Shown in pieces: positions 1-9,742 of a stretch of 32,379 nucleotides of DNA (the stretch's first letter is position 1; the number at the start of each line of letters is the position of its first letter). The notes below the pieces were generated by a model. The model was not told where the DNA came from, did no database searches, and worked only from the letters and a program-made list of their open reading frames with translations. The translations under genes and the position numbers were made by a program. This DNA is from a virus (lineage: Duplodnaviria > Caudoviricetes), in the IMG/VR virus record IMGVR_UViG_3300011339_000031, positions 1 to 32,379 of that record; one strand, 5' to 3'.

Positions 1-1015
1 ACTCCAAAACATTAGCCAAAGAAGTGCCTGATGTAAGGGCGTCTTTCATTTCTCCACGCACTTCCTTTTTACGCGCAACATAGGCGTTGTACTTGCTTAC
101 ATCGTTGTTCTCAATAGCTTTATCAATTTCGTCATCTATTGCGCTAAGAGTATTTAGCTGGACAATTTCTTGTTTGGTATAACCTTCACGCGCAGCTTGT
201 CCTGCTTGACTAACACCCGCCATAGCTCCGCCAAACCCACCCGGTGCATTAATATTTTGGGCCATACGATCTAAGGCCACACGTAAATCACTTGGGCGTT
301 CAGCTTTTTGGCGCTCATACAAAGCTTTTAATCCTGCTTGTTGTTCACGCTTATGGGCAATAGCTGCTTCTCTATTAGGACTCAACATTTCTTGTTGAAT
401 ATTTATCTCTTCCCGCCCAAGTGCCTCAGGGTTTTGATTTATTCCTCTTAAAACTGCCGCCTGCATAGCATCATTAAATTTAACGTTTTCATTAGGCGCT
501 TGTGTATCTTGGGTTGCAGCATCTTGCCGATAACGCCCGTGTGCATCACCGCCAGAAGGCGATATTGCATATTCATCTACCGACTGGTCATCTGTTTGGT
601 CGTCTGTTTGGTCTGCTATTTGTTTATCTTGACGATAACGTCCATGCGCATCGCCCCCGCTACCACCTTGTGCAAACGCAATAATCCCGCCGCCACGATA
701 TTCCGTAGGTAGGTTTGTAGGAGCCCCTAGTAATCCTTTTGGCATTGGGCCAGCGGGAGAGCCAGATTGTGCAAGTCCTGCCAAGCCTATTTTCTGAGCT
801 ACTTCTTGGCGTGCCGAGTTCATTGCATCTTGCTCTAAACCCTTAGCTACCGTGGGCGGCACTTGCCCACTAGCCATAGCAAGCTGTCTGGCAGCAGCTT
901 CTTTGTCAGACTTAACTTTTTGCATTGCCAACAAGTCAAGCAATTGCGGAGTAATCGCCGCTTGTTGCGCGGGCAACTTATTGCTATATGCAAGGGCTTC
1001 TCGTTCGTTGTACAT
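1..1015 (-). CDS. Putative internal virion/ejection protein, 5' part (runs off the window)
   Basis: Not in the ORF track because no stop lies in the window. ATG at 1015 follows an AAGGAAG RBS; reads MYNEREALAYSNKLPAQQAA...EYRGGGIIAFAQGG... and is still open at base 2 (...GTSLANVLE). Ala/Gln-rich and follows other internal-protein-like genes. Confidence 0.7.
   Translation of the reverse strand, partial: MYNEREALAYSNKLPAQQAAITPQLLDLLAMQKVKSDKEAAARQLAMASGQVPPTVAKGLEQDAMNSARQEVAQKIGLAGLAQSGSPAGPMPKGLLGAPTNLPTEYRGGGIIAFAQGGSGGDAHGRYRQDKQIADQTDDQTDDQSVDEYAISPSGGDAHGRYRQDAATQDTQAPNENVKFNDAMQAAVLRGINQNPEALGREEINIQQEMLSPNREAAIAHKREQQAGLKALYERQKAERPSDLRVALDRMAQNINAPGGFGGAMAGVSQAGQAAREGYTKQEIVQLNTLSAIDDEIDKAIENNDVSKYNAYVARKKEVRGEMKDALTSGTSLANVLE
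521..661 (-). repeat. Intragenic duplicated peptide SGGDAHGRYRQD (521-556 and 626-661) flanking DQTD-DQTD-DQS
   Basis: Two 36-nt copies encode an identical 12-aa peptide with synonymous differences. Confidence 0.8.
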
Positions 1016-1028
1016 ACGACTTCCTTAA

Positions 1029-2774
1029 TTATGGCTTAACTGGGGTTGAAGTTGCATCGCCAAATATGCTTTTAAAAATATCAGCAGTGCCTGTTGCACC
1101 AGCCGCAGCCGCCGCTATGGGATTCGTAGTCGTGTTGTACGACTGTGCTTGTACCGGCATACCCTGAAGCATAGACTGCTGGAACTGAAGCTGCTTGTAT
1201 GGGTCAGCTTTCTGCTGTTCAAACTGTGCCTGTGCAGCAGTAAGCCCTGCTTGCTCGGTCTGCTGTTGAGTGTTGCCTAAGTTTGCCATTGTGCTAATGC
1301 CAGCCAAGTTTCTATTCTGCTCAGTGTTGTACTGATTCTGAGCCGCTTGGTATGCAGACTGCAATCCCTGTGCTTGAATGTCGTTCATCTGGGTTCCCAG
1401 ATTACGTTCACGTTCTGCACGTTGGATGGCATCCCGGCTACCGCCAAACGCCCCAGCCTGTGCTGCTTGCGCCTGTTGCTGAGTACCTTGTATACCTGAT
1501 TGCCGCTCAGCTTCACGTTTTTGAATATCCACTACATTCTGCATGTAAGGGGACATGTATGTACCAGCAGTTCCAGCAGTAGTAAAAGACTGACCCGGAA
1601 GTTTTGCTGCTTCTGTATACGCTTGATTTTGAAGCGTCGAAGGCCCAGCGGTAAGCTCACCTTGGTAAAACTGTGGATTTGTTAGTGCCGCGCCGGTAAG
1701 TGCTTGGGTTTTACCAAGCAAATCTGTAACGTAAGGGCCAGCCCAGTTGGATAAATTAGATTCAGTTCCAGTAGTTCCCGCAGGAACAGTAGCCCCTGCA
1801 ACAAATCGTTTTACATCACCGCCAGCAGCATAATGGGCAAGACCACCCGGCATAAATTTACTCGGGTTGATTTCTTTGCCCTGCTTTTCACTACCTGTGC
1901 GCGCCATACGGATTCTTTCCATCATTTTGTAGAGTTGTTTTGCTCCTGCATCAGAGTTGCCATTGCCAAGATGAGATACAACATCAGCAGGAATAACAAA
2001 CTCCCCGTGAGCCAGACGAGCAGGTTGAATACCGTCAATGGTTCCCGGAATCTTGTCTGCCATACCATCGGTATCTCCTTTTAGGTACGTACCCTGTGGA
2101 TGTGTTGGTTTTCCGCCATGAGCTAACCCCATAATACCTCCGTGTGCAGCATTAGTTACTGGAGTGGCTGGGACAGGAGGAGGGCGACGAGCTTGTGCGT
2201 TCTCAACATTAAGCTTATTTAAGTTGGCTAGTTGAACGTCCCTAGTAGCTTGCGCCGCAGGTAGTCCGGCAGCGGGGGCAAACTGAATACCTGTAAAGTA
2301 CTGATGCCCAGCACCGGGACGCTCACCAGCAGCAGGCTCAGCCGCACGACCTTGCACCGCAGTGTACGCAGGAATACCACCTTGGTAACCTGTTGGCGGA
2401 GGCGGAGTCTTAGCATCCTGATACGCTTGGTACGCGCCAACAATCCCCGCACCAGTGCTTAACAAAGAGCCCCAATCTATTTCTCCACTAGTTCCCGGCT
2501 TTGTGTATTTAGTTAAAAAACTTTTTTGAATAGATGCTGGAAAAGTTTTAATTATGTCTAAAAGGCTTTGCGATTTAGCGTCAGGCGCAGTACCCCAGAT
2601 ATTGGAAGCACCTTCATTGCTGTAATCTGGATTGTTGGTGCTTGGAGGGTTGTTGTTGCCCTCATTGCTGTAATCTGTGTTATCTACAGGATCATCCTCC
2701 CAAATATCATAGGAGTCTTCAAATGGATCGCCATTATCATCATAATTTGTATACGTGACTGTTTTGTAGGGCAT
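1029..2774 (-). CDS. Putative internal virion/DNA ejection protein (581 aa)
   Basis: Long ORF with a Gln/Ala/Gly-rich helical C-terminal half (AAQAGAFGGSRDAI), a GEFVIPADVVS segment and xxGG motifs. Position after the tail hub gene fits podovirus ejection proteins. Confidence 0.6.
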   Translation of the reverse strand: MPYKTVTYTNYDDNGDPFEDSYDIWEDDPVDNTDYSNEGNNNPPSTNNPDYSNEGASNIWGTAPDAKSQSLLDIIKTFPASIQKSFLTKYTKPGTSGEIDWGSLLSTGAGIVGAYQAYQDAKTPPPPTGYQGGIPAYTAVQGRAAEPAAGERPGAGHQYFTGIQFAPAAGLPAAQATRDVQLANLNKLNVENAQARRPPPVPATPVTNAAHGGIMGLAHGGKPTHPQGTYLKGDTDGMADKIPGTIDGIQPARLAHGEFVIPADVVSHLGNGNSDAGAKQLYKMMERIRMARTGSEKQGKEINPSKFMPGGLAHYAAGGDVKRFVAGATVPAGTTGTESNLSNWAGPYVTDLLGKTQALTGAALTNPQFYQGELTAGPSTLQNQAYTEAAKLPGQSFTTAGTAGTYMSPYMQNVVDIQKREAERQSGIQGTQQQAQAAQAGAFGGSRDAIQRAERERNLGTQMNDIQAQGLQSAYQAAQNQYNTEQNRNLAGISTMANLGNTQQQTEQAGLTAAQAQFEQQKADPYKQLQFQQSMLQGMPVQAQSYNTTTNPIAAAAAGATGTADIFKSIFGDATSTPVKP

Positions 2775-2775
2775 A

Positions 2776-4563
2776 CTAGCTCCTTAAATGACGCAGCAAG
2801 TCATCAAGAGACATCGGCTGCGAGGACTGGTTTAATAACGATTCTAATGGATCGCGTGGGTTTTTGGGCGGCAAAATATCTTCCCCAGAAATATCCATAA
2901 AGTACTTTATGTCAGCCAAAGTTGTTGGCTGGCTTTGGGTTGTGGTCTGGTAAAGCTGTTCTGATGTAGTTGGGGTAGTTTGGGTAGTTGGGGTAGTTGA
3001 AGTAGTTGGGGTAGGTTTAGCTGAGGTAGTTGGTTTGATGACTATTGGTATAGTTGCCCCATTTTTATCTTCAGGCTTACCAGCCACCACTTCCGTTACT
3101 TTATTGCTTGGCAGGGGAGGCATCTGCTCCAAGGGAATTAAGTCGTCGCGTTTTGCGTTTATGTATACCGGATCAAGCGCCTGCAGCTCTTCTTCGGTTA
3201 TTTTTTTACCAGTTACCGTTACAGGAGCTAATATATTTCCGCCTACATTTGGATTAACTGGCAGGCTTGAATCGGTTACACGGTTATTACCTGTGGAGCC
3301 AGTAAATGACAAGTCATCTTGCGGTATAGATTTTTCACTTACCGTTACGGGATTAAGCGCTTGGGTAGCATCAGTATTTTGAACTAAACCCGCATCTGTA
3401 AGCGTATCCTCAATAGTTTTTTCCGATGCCCGCACAGCTTCACGAGCAGCCTGTTCTCTATCTGCTTGGGATTGAGCGGCAACAGCCTCATCACGTTTAT
3501 TAGCATCAAGTTGAGCATTTAGGGTGGTCGTCATGCTGGACTCAGGCGTATCCCTAAACCCCGCAGGCGTGTTATTTATGTCGTAAGTTGTACCGCCAAC
3601 CGTAACCGTTGTTGCGGGGGAGGGGTTTAATAACTCTTTTCCAGCTTGAGTAGCCAGAGTATTTAACGCACCACTAACCGCTCCTTGCGCGCCATTATTA
3701 ATAGCGCCGCTTATAGTTGCCCCAAGCACTTTGGCTGTAGTGGGATCAACGTCTGTTATGGCGGTGTTAATTGCTGTGGTAGCGCCACTACTAGCAATAC
3801 TACCAATTAAAGCATTTGTTATCGCGTCAGAATTACCTCCAGACGCGGCAACCTTAGCCGCCGAGCTACCTGCATTAACTATGGCTTTTGTTACAGCGGG
3901 GTTATTTACAACACTATTGATCGCTTTTGTAATTTCAGGATTGGCAACATCCAACCCTGTACTAACAAGCGCGTTTTTAATAGCATCTTCAGGGTTTTGA
4001 CCAGACGCGATGTTGATAGCTGCTTTGGCAATCCCCGCCCCAACCGCATTTGCAGCAGCCCCTGCCGACATTACGCCAGCTTCAACAAGTTGCGCAGTAA
4101 TTGCGCTCCCTATTCCGGGGAGCGCAACAGCTAACGCTATTTGCCCAAGAGGGTTTTTAAGAGCCGCTTCCACGCCACTGACAACTGTTTGCGATAAGTC
4201 TGTAGCCGTGTCGGCCAACATATTCCCAGTGCCCTTAGCCCAATTTCCAAGCATTTCTCCCAAACTAGGGAATCCAGTATCCGACCCATGAATATACTCC
4301 CCGGAAGGGTTGTAATACTCCAAATTATTGGTGACGTATTGCAGCGAACCATCATTCCATATTGTTGGGCTAATAACGGAACTGCCTTTATTAGCGGTGT
4401 TATACGCAGTAACCCATGCTGGTTTCCCGCCTATTGCATTTTCCAACTCTTGAATTTTTGCTGACTTAGCAGCTTGAGCCTTAGCTAAAACGGCGGCAGA
4501 TGCAGCAGCCGCCGCTTTAGCAAGCTCTGCTTTTGTTGGTACAGGTTTCGCTTGGCCTCCCAT
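2776..4563 (-). CDS. Putative internal virion/ejection protein with hydrophobic Ala/Gly-rich segment and Pro/Thr-rich linker
   Basis: Start moved to ATG 4563, preceded by TAAGGAGA. Contains hydrophobic IALAVALPGIGSAITA and a PTTSTTPTTQTTPTT linker. Confidence 0.55.
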   Translation of the reverse strand: MGGQAKPVPTKAELAKAAAAASAAVLAKAQAAKSAKIQELENAIGGKPAWVTAYNTANKGSSVISPTIWNDGSLQYVTNNLEYYNPSGEYIHGSDTGFPSLGEMLGNWAKGTGNMLADTATDLSQTVVSGVEAALKNPLGQIALAVALPGIGSAITAQLVEAGVMSAGAAANAVGAGIAKAAINIASGQNPEDAIKNALVSTGLDVANPEITKAINSVVNNPAVTKAIVNAGSSAAKVAASGGNSDAITNALIGSIASSGATTAINTAITDVDPTTAKVLGATISGAINNGAQGAVSGALNTLATQAGKELLNPSPATTVTVGGTTYDINNTPAGFRDTPESSMTTTLNAQLDANKRDEAVAAQSQADREQAAREAVRASEKTIEDTLTDAGLVQNTDATQALNPVTVSEKSIPQDDLSFTGSTGNNRVTDSSLPVNPNVGGNILAPVTVTGKKITEEELQALDPVYINAKRDDLIPLEQMPPLPSNKVTEVVAGKPEDKNGATIPIVIKPTTSAKPTPTTSTTPTTQTTPTTSEQLYQTTTQSQPTTLADIKYFMDISGEDILPPKNPRDPLESLLNQSSQPMSLDDLLRHLRS

Positions 4564-4573
4564 GATTATCTCC

Positions 4574-5227
4574 TTACGGCAGCGCCGAGACAAACGACAT
4601 TGTGGCTACAACCGACTGGGTTGAGGGCTTGGTTGGTGTGCCTGATGCAGCGTAGTACTCAATAGTTACGGTGGCAATTGTGGGCGACCAGTAAATTTCT
4701 ATGTAATCATTTGCCGCCATAGAAACAAAGTAGTTCCAACCTTTAATATCATGGGATGGAACACCCACGCTTTTACGAGCCGGTATGCCAACTTTACCCG
4801 TGGAGCCGGTGATGTCTGTGCCGTTCTGTTTAAGCCATATAAAAAGATCTTGCGGAGCGTTATCCAGATTCTGCACTTGTGCGCTGAATTGGAGGTTGTA
4901 TATCCCTGCGGCTGCTACCGTGATCTTTGAACTTGCAATACTTACACCATTGGAAAAGTCCGTGGTGTTCAGTGTCATCAACGCAGCGGTGTTTGCCGTT
5001 GTAGTTTGTGTTTGGTTGCTGGAAAACGCGCCATACGGAACACGTAGTCCCGAGGTATTTGAGGATGCCTTTAGCTGCCCTAATATGTTGTCAAGCTGGT
5101 TAAAGTACAAACGTAAAATGTTATTCAACTGGTTGATGTAGTTAGCATCATACTGTTGAGTAGCCGCAGGCAAGCGTGGCGCAACCGCCCGGTTGAGTTC
5201 AAATTCGGAAGTTACAACGTAGGTCAT
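4574..5227 (-). CDS. Structural protein with C1q/TNF-like beta-sandwich C-terminal domain
   Basis: ATG 5227 overlaps the upstream stop (TAATG). Motifs ITVAAAGIYNLQFSAQ and ANDYIEIYW are typical of C1q-like folds; N-terminal helix NILRLYFNQLDN. Confidence 0.6.
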   Translation of the reverse strand: MTYVVTSEFELNRAVAPRLPAATQQYDANYINQLNNILRLYFNQLDNILGQLKASSNTSGLRVPYGAFSSNQTQTTTANTAALMTLNTTDFSNGVSIASSKITVAAAGIYNLQFSAQVQNLDNAPQDLFIWLKQNGTDITGSTGKVGIPARKSVGVPSHDIKGWNYFVSMAANDYIEIYWSPTIATVTIEYYAASGTPTKPSTQSVVATMSFVSALP

Positions 5228-5859
5228 TAAGCAATACCCCAATGTAGGCGTTCAAGTTCTTTGCGGGCGGCAGCGGCTTCTTCAACCGTAGAAAAAACTT
5301 TAGAATAAAACGCTTTTTTACCTTTTGACACTTTAGCCATCCAGCGCCCAGCATAGACTTCTGATACCCCAATATATCCGGTTTTACTTTTACTATGTAA
5401 ACGGATGTTCCGTGCTTGTACTGGCAGTGAAGCCCAGCGGCAATTTTCTGGCGTGTAATCGCCATACGGGTCTATACGGTCTAGCGTTTCTTCCCCCAAA
5501 GGTTCTCCCATATCACGTTCAAACTGTAAATAGTCATACCACTGACGGCAAACTTTTATTCCCTTAGCGCCATACCTTGGGTAGTCTTTATCGTTTGAGT
5601 TGGTGCAACGCCGCATCATTGCACGCCATGTGTTGTATGAAGATTTTTTCCACCCACCATGCTTGGTAATTTGTGCCTTGAGGTAACACCCGCATGACGT
5701 GGTGTTTCCAGTAACTAATGCTCCAGCAGGTACGTTAATGTCTTTACCGCAATCACACGTACACCGCCAAAGTACTTTTTTAAACGCATTTCTTCCTGCT
5801 TCCTCAACAACCAACAATTTTCCAAAACGCTGCCCGGTTCTGTCAATAAATTTTGGCAT
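5227..5859 (-). CDS. HNH-like homing endonuclease with C-terminal AP2-like DNA-binding domain
   Basis: Start at ATG 5859 after AGGAGG. N-terminal GQRFGKL..WRCTCDCG..SCGC, core WRAMMRRC..YGAKGIKVC..TLDRID..YTPENCRWA, C-terminal SKTGYIGVS..RWMAKV..FSTVEEAAAARKELE. Confidence 0.85.
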   Translation of the reverse strand: MPKFIDRTGQRFGKLLVVEEAGRNAFKKVLWRCTCDCGKDINVPAGALVTGNTTSCGCYLKAQITKHGGWKKSSYNTWRAMMRRCTNSNDKDYPRYGAKGIKVCRQWYDYLQFERDMGEPLGEETLDRIDPYGDYTPENCRWASLPVQARNIRLHSKSKTGYIGVSEVYAGRWMAKVSKGKKAFYSKVFSTVEEAAAARKELERLHWGIA

Positions 5860-5908
5860 AAGCCCTCCTAAAAGAGCTTTTATTATATACTGGAATTTGT
5901 ACATAACT

Positions 5909-8002
5909 CTACCTTCTGCCATCCGGCCTGAGGTCAATTCTAGGAGAACCAAGCTGCCACTGCGTACCAATCTTGTTGGATGTAATTCGCAAAGACATCT
6001 GCCGTCCACGAACCCGGATATAAATCTGTCCGTTGTAAGTATCCAAATCTATTGGGTAAGACTGAGTTGCAGTTACTGCTTGTGATGCATCTGTGCTTGT
6101 GCCGCCTACTGACTTTGGATCGTTATACCCAGAACCTGAATTTAGCAGAGGTAGTATCTGCATAGTCAGCGCAGGAGTTGTTCCGTCCGTAGACCCCCGG
6201 AAGGTAAGGTCAGGCAGCATCCTCCACACAAAGGCTAGTGACTGTCCATCACCAATATCAAATTGCGCTGATGTTATAGAAGCTTCAATTGCCAGAGTCG
6301 TAGCTGTTTCATTATTGTCTACACCGTACTCGTGGTTCACAATGTTGTAGCTGTAAGTTGCTGCAAGGGGGTAGTTACGCAAGCCGGTGTCTAACCATGC
6401 TGTACGGGCCATCGTGCCATACTGCCATATATCTTCGGCGTAGTTATAGATGACGTATTTATCAACAGTATTACTATTCTCAGAACAGTAGAAAAACCAT
6501 ACCTCGTTAAAACCTTCATTAGTACTAGCAAATACTTGGTCAAACTGGGATTGATTAATATCACTATAGATGTATTGGCGCAAATCACAACGCAGGGTTT
6601 GTACCCGACCATCGTACTTGTAGAACTTATCTACGCCCATCCAGTAGCTGATACCCGAGGCCATAGCAGCAGCATTTGGGCCAGCGATAGACACATTATC
6701 CGCAAGAAGCTGGGAACTCCACACGTAGGGTGGGCCAAGGTACTGCAATGAATATAGGGAGGAATCTGTCCAAACCACAATCTCTTGGCGGCTTTGCAGG
6801 GTAGTAACAATCTTGGAGCCATGCGATAAACGCACGCTACCGGCTTGGTTGGTGATTGCTGGATACCATGTGGTCAGGGATTCCTGATCTGACCAGCGGA
6901 TAAGCATGGGGTCAAGGATATAGCTGCCGTAGTCATTTGTACCAAACACAAGCAAGAACCGGCTGGCATCAGAGACGGTAAACGTGTTTTGGTAAAGCGG
7001 GCAGTAGCCATCTGAGTTGGGAAGCTGTGAAAGCAACATGCCCCGTGAAGAAATAAACTGAGCGCCAGACTGGGAGCCGGATGTATTAATAGACGCGCCG
7101 CCCGAAGTAGTTGAAAGGTTGTAAGTCGTGTCGGTTATGTACTTAACATAGTAAGTAACACCCGGCAGCAAGCCTGTGGGCAGCGCACTTGTAGTGGTAA
7201 ACGTTATTGGTGTTTTGTCTGCAAGGACAATCGTGGTTGTCATCACGCAGGGGGTTGCAATGGATAGTGACACCTCGGAATTTCGGATGCCAATGGTTGC
7301 ATCCCAGTAGTACATCGGCCCGCCACGGGGGCCGTACACCAAGTTTTGACCCCAGTTGACCTGATTCCAGATGCGCAATGCGTCCGTGGAGGAGCTACCA
7401 ATACCCCATGTGCCAGACCCCCAAGTGCTTGCACCCCACCCGGAAAGCGGAGCAGCGTAGGACGGCCCGGTATTAATTTGGTAAACAGCGTAGACCGTAC
7501 CCCCGCCAGTAGCGGCTGTGGCGGCTGCGGAAATAGTGATGTTGTATGTATCGCCCGTGAGCACAGTTATCTTGTACTCACCCAGAATAGTTTGACCGCC
7601 AACCGCCGTGCCGCCATAGAAGGTTACGTAGTCCCCGTTGATGGCTAGATTTGATGCGTCAGTCACCAGCACTGTGGTTGTGCCGTTTGTGGTGAACGGG
7701 TTGGTCAGGGTATGTTCTGCGCGGACTGGGGTAATGTCGTAGTAAAACCCACCATTTTCAATGTAGAACTTGGAGTTCGTGCCAATACCCAATAGATTTT
7801 GTGCGTTAAGCGTTACCCAGTTCCACAAAGAACGGCATACACCTATAAATGTCGCCGCCGAAATACGCTGCCAGCCGCCAATCTTCTCGGGTGTGCCTTG
7901 ACGAAAACGCACCTTGTCGGACTCGTAGTAGCCGCCTTCATTGGTGTACCGAGTGTTTTCCCGGTTAACCCCCGGCTTGAGTTGAAGCTTTTGTAAAGGC
8001 AT
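5909..8002 (-). CDS. Tail hub / packaged-DNA stabilisation protein (podovirus nozzle-like, 697 aa)
   Basis: Beta-rich, with motifs KVRFRQGTPEKIGGW, DPMLIRWSDQE and FNEVWFFY. Size and position before the internal proteins resemble P22 gp10 / T7 gp12. Confidence 0.65.
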   Translation of the reverse strand: MPLQKLQLKPGVNRENTRYTNEGGYYESDKVRFRQGTPEKIGGWQRISAATFIGVCRSLWNWVTLNAQNLLGIGTNSKFYIENGGFYYDITPVRAEHTLTNPFTTNGTTTVLVTDASNLAINGDYVTFYGGTAVGGQTILGEYKITVLTGDTYNITISAAATAATGGGTVYAVYQINTGPSYAAPLSGWGASTWGSGTWGIGSSSTDALRIWNQVNWGQNLVYGPRGGPMYYWDATIGIRNSEVSLSIATPCVMTTTIVLADKTPITFTTTSALPTGLLPGVTYYVKYITDTTYNLSTTSGGASINTSGSQSGAQFISSRGMLLSQLPNSDGYCPLYQNTFTVSDASRFLLVFGTNDYGSYILDPMLIRWSDQESLTTWYPAITNQAGSVRLSHGSKIVTTLQSRQEIVVWTDSSLYSLQYLGPPYVWSSQLLADNVSIAGPNAAAMASGISYWMGVDKFYKYDGRVQTLRCDLRQYIYSDINQSQFDQVFASTNEGFNEVWFFYCSENSNTVDKYVIYNYAEDIWQYGTMARTAWLDTGLRNYPLAATYSYNIVNHEYGVDNNETATTLAIEASITSAQFDIGDGQSLAFVWRMLPDLTFRGSTDGTTPALTMQILPLLNSGSGYNDPKSVGGTSTDASQAVTATQSYPIDLDTYNGQIYIRVRGRQMSLRITSNKIGTQWQLGSPRIDLRPDGRR

Positions 8003-8016
8003 CGGTTATCCAATTC

Positions 8017-8541
8017 TTATGCCAGCATCGAAGAAGCCGCCTTCTGCACATGGGCAACCCGACTTAACCAGCCCTTTAGGAATTTCTGCTGGGTGGGGTT
8101 TTTCTCGGCTAGGCTATTGTAGAACGCTTCTTTCTGCTGGGCAAATTTTTGCAGGATATCTGTTGGGGTAGCCTTGGCTACCAAAGCCATTGTGCCGGGG
8201 CCGATAGCGCCATCAGGCGTAGCCCCCACGGATTGCTGAAGAAACTTGGCGGCGCGTCCGGGGCCAGCATTTACGGCAAAGTCAAATACAGCGTAGTCCA
8301 CCCCTTGCGGTAGGTCATCGCCACGAACCTTGTCCCAGTACATCTTTTTGTAGAACGGCTTTACGTCAGAGCGGGTCAAGGCTTTCATTTCGCCCGGCTT
8401 AATTGGCCTACCCAGATAAGCACCCCAAGCACCAATGGTTACGCCAAGGTTAGTTTCCCCGCCAGCGTCATCTTTATCCCAGACATACCCGCCTTCGGAT
8501 TGCATAACCCGGTCAAAGGACATATCAAAGTTGACGTTCAT
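8017..8541 (-). CDS. Endolysin, glycoside hydrolase family 108 with C-terminal peptidoglycan-binding domain
   Basis: EGGY..D.GGETNLGVT catalytic motif, FDFAVNAG, DGAIGPGT, KFLKGWLSRV. Confidence 0.92.
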   Translation of the reverse strand: MNVNFDMSFDRVMQSEGGYVWDKDDAGGETNLGVTIGAWGAYLGRPIKPGEMKALTRSDVKPFYKKMYWDKVRGDDLPQGVDYAVFDFAVNAGPGRAAKFLQQSVGATPDGAIGPGTMALVAKATPTDILQKFAQQKEAFYNSLAEKNPTQQKFLKGWLSRVAHVQKAASSMLA

Positions 8542-8945
8542 TTTGCTGCCTTGTCATTGAGCTTTTCCATAGTTCTGAGACCGCCAAGACCGAGCATACC
8601 TAGCAGTAGCGGCATCATGGTTCCAGTGTCCATCTGAGGAAACTTAACAGGGTGACCAGCCAAGGCAGCACCCCACTCAGCTAATGGGCCGACGACAAAC
8701 TGCACAGCAAAACCAGCGCTGCATACCCAACCAATTGACGGACGCCATCCACTGACAAATAGACTAGAGCTTGCTGCTTCAATCTTGTTGATGTCCATCT
8801 GCCCTGTAATCTGGGCCAACTCGCCGCTCTGTTGCAGCTTAAGCAACTCTAGCTTGGCAGCAGCCTGCTGCGCAGGGTCAGGCAGAACTCGGTCTAGAAC
8901 TTTACTACCAACTTCGAACAGAGCGGATATGGGGTCAAGGGCCAT
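8538..8945 (-). CDS. Holin (GTA-type 3TM holin family)
   Basis: SSLFVSGWRPSIGWVC and LLLGMLGLGGLRTMEK motifs; overlaps the endolysin start. Confidence 0.85.
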   Translation of the reverse strand: MALDPISALFEVGSKVLDRVLPDPAQQAAAKLELLKLQQSGELAQITGQMDINKIEAASSSLFVSGWRPSIGWVCSAGFAVQFVVGPLAEWGAALAGHPVKFPQMDTGTMMPLLLGMLGLGGLRTMEKLNDKAAK

Positions 8946-9165
8946 CTGGCGCTCCTTTGTTGGTGCGAATGTCTACGATTCGCTCGGCAGTCTTACCGGC
9001 AAAGATGGCGGTAATCACAATAATCATTGCCTGTCCCAGCAGGTCAACGTATGCGCCCCTAGTCTCCATTTCAAAGACGGACAACAGAGCAAAGAAAAAG
9101 TAAGAGAAAAGCAAGAACACAACCGTAACCGGCTGGATGTTTTTTGCTAACCATGACTCGTTCAT
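8935..9165 (-). CDS. Small two-TM membrane protein of the lysis cassette (holin/antiholin-like)
   Basis: Two hydrophobic helices; overlaps both neighbours. Confidence 0.6.
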   Translation of the reverse strand: MNESWLAKNIQPVTVVFLLFSYFFFALLSVFEMETRGAYVDLLGQAMIIVITAIFAGKTAERIVDIRTNKGAPDGP

Positions 9166-9482
9166 CTTGCCTTCTCCATAATCTTGGCCCGTAACACGGG
9201 GCTATCTGAAGTACCTGCCCATTCAGGTAGGGCATTCCAAATTAAAACGTAATCGTCCGCGCTGCACTTTGACCTATCCAGCCATGCCAGCATAGCTTTG
9301 TGTCGGTCTTCCGGGTCGTGAACTGTCCAGCCAATAACGTACAAATCCTGTACCGCGCAAATTGGCATAGCCTTTGGTGGCTTTTTGGGCAACGGAGGAG
9401 GCGGCTCCGTAGACAGTATGAGCTTGTCCTGTGCCGACGATGCTGTTACCAACATCAGAAAACAAAACAGAAACAAGCGCAT
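9162..9482 (-). CDS. Secreted/periplasmic hypothetical protein
   Basis: Signal-peptide-like N-terminus (MRLFLFCFLMLVTASSA), Pro-rich stretch, two Cys in the mature part; adjacent to lysis genes. Confidence 0.55.
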   Translation of the reverse strand: MRLFLFCFLMLVTASSAQDKLILSTEPPPPLPKKPPKAMPICAVQDLYVIGWTVHDPEDRHKAMLAWLDRSKCSADDYVLIWNALPEWAGTSDSPVLRAKIMEKAR

Positions 9483-9497
9483 ACATGGGCTACATCC

Positions 9498-9722
9498 TTA
9501 ATTCAATACTTCAACTTCTTTGGGCTTGGCAAGCTCGGCTTTTAGCATACCTAGGAATGCGTCCTTACCTACCATGAGTTGCTGTAGCTGAAACTGCGTG
9601 GAGCCAATCTTGCGATCTAAGTCCATCAGGTGATTCAGGTACATAACTTCTTGCTCGTTAAAGTCATTGGCATCGTGTTCCGTACCGTCTATCGTAACGA
9701 TCTGGGATTTTTTGTTTTCCAT
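9498..9722 (-). CDS. Small coiled-coil protein (possible tail fibre assembly helper)
   Basis: ATG 9722 after AAAGGAAA; MENKKSQIVTIDG..LMDLDRKIGSTQFQLQQL. Confidence 0.6.
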   Translation of the reverse strand: MENKKSQIVTIDGTEHDANDFNEQEVMYLNHLMDLDRKIGSTQFQLQQLMVGKDAFLGMLKAELAKPKEVEVLN

Positions 9723-9742
9723 TTCGTATTTCCTTTTCAAAG

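Noticed and set aside
5860-5908. Promoter carried by the HNH-AP2 gene
   Set aside because: TATAAT is present (5887-5882) but there is no credible -35 or extended -10, and the region is AT-rich.
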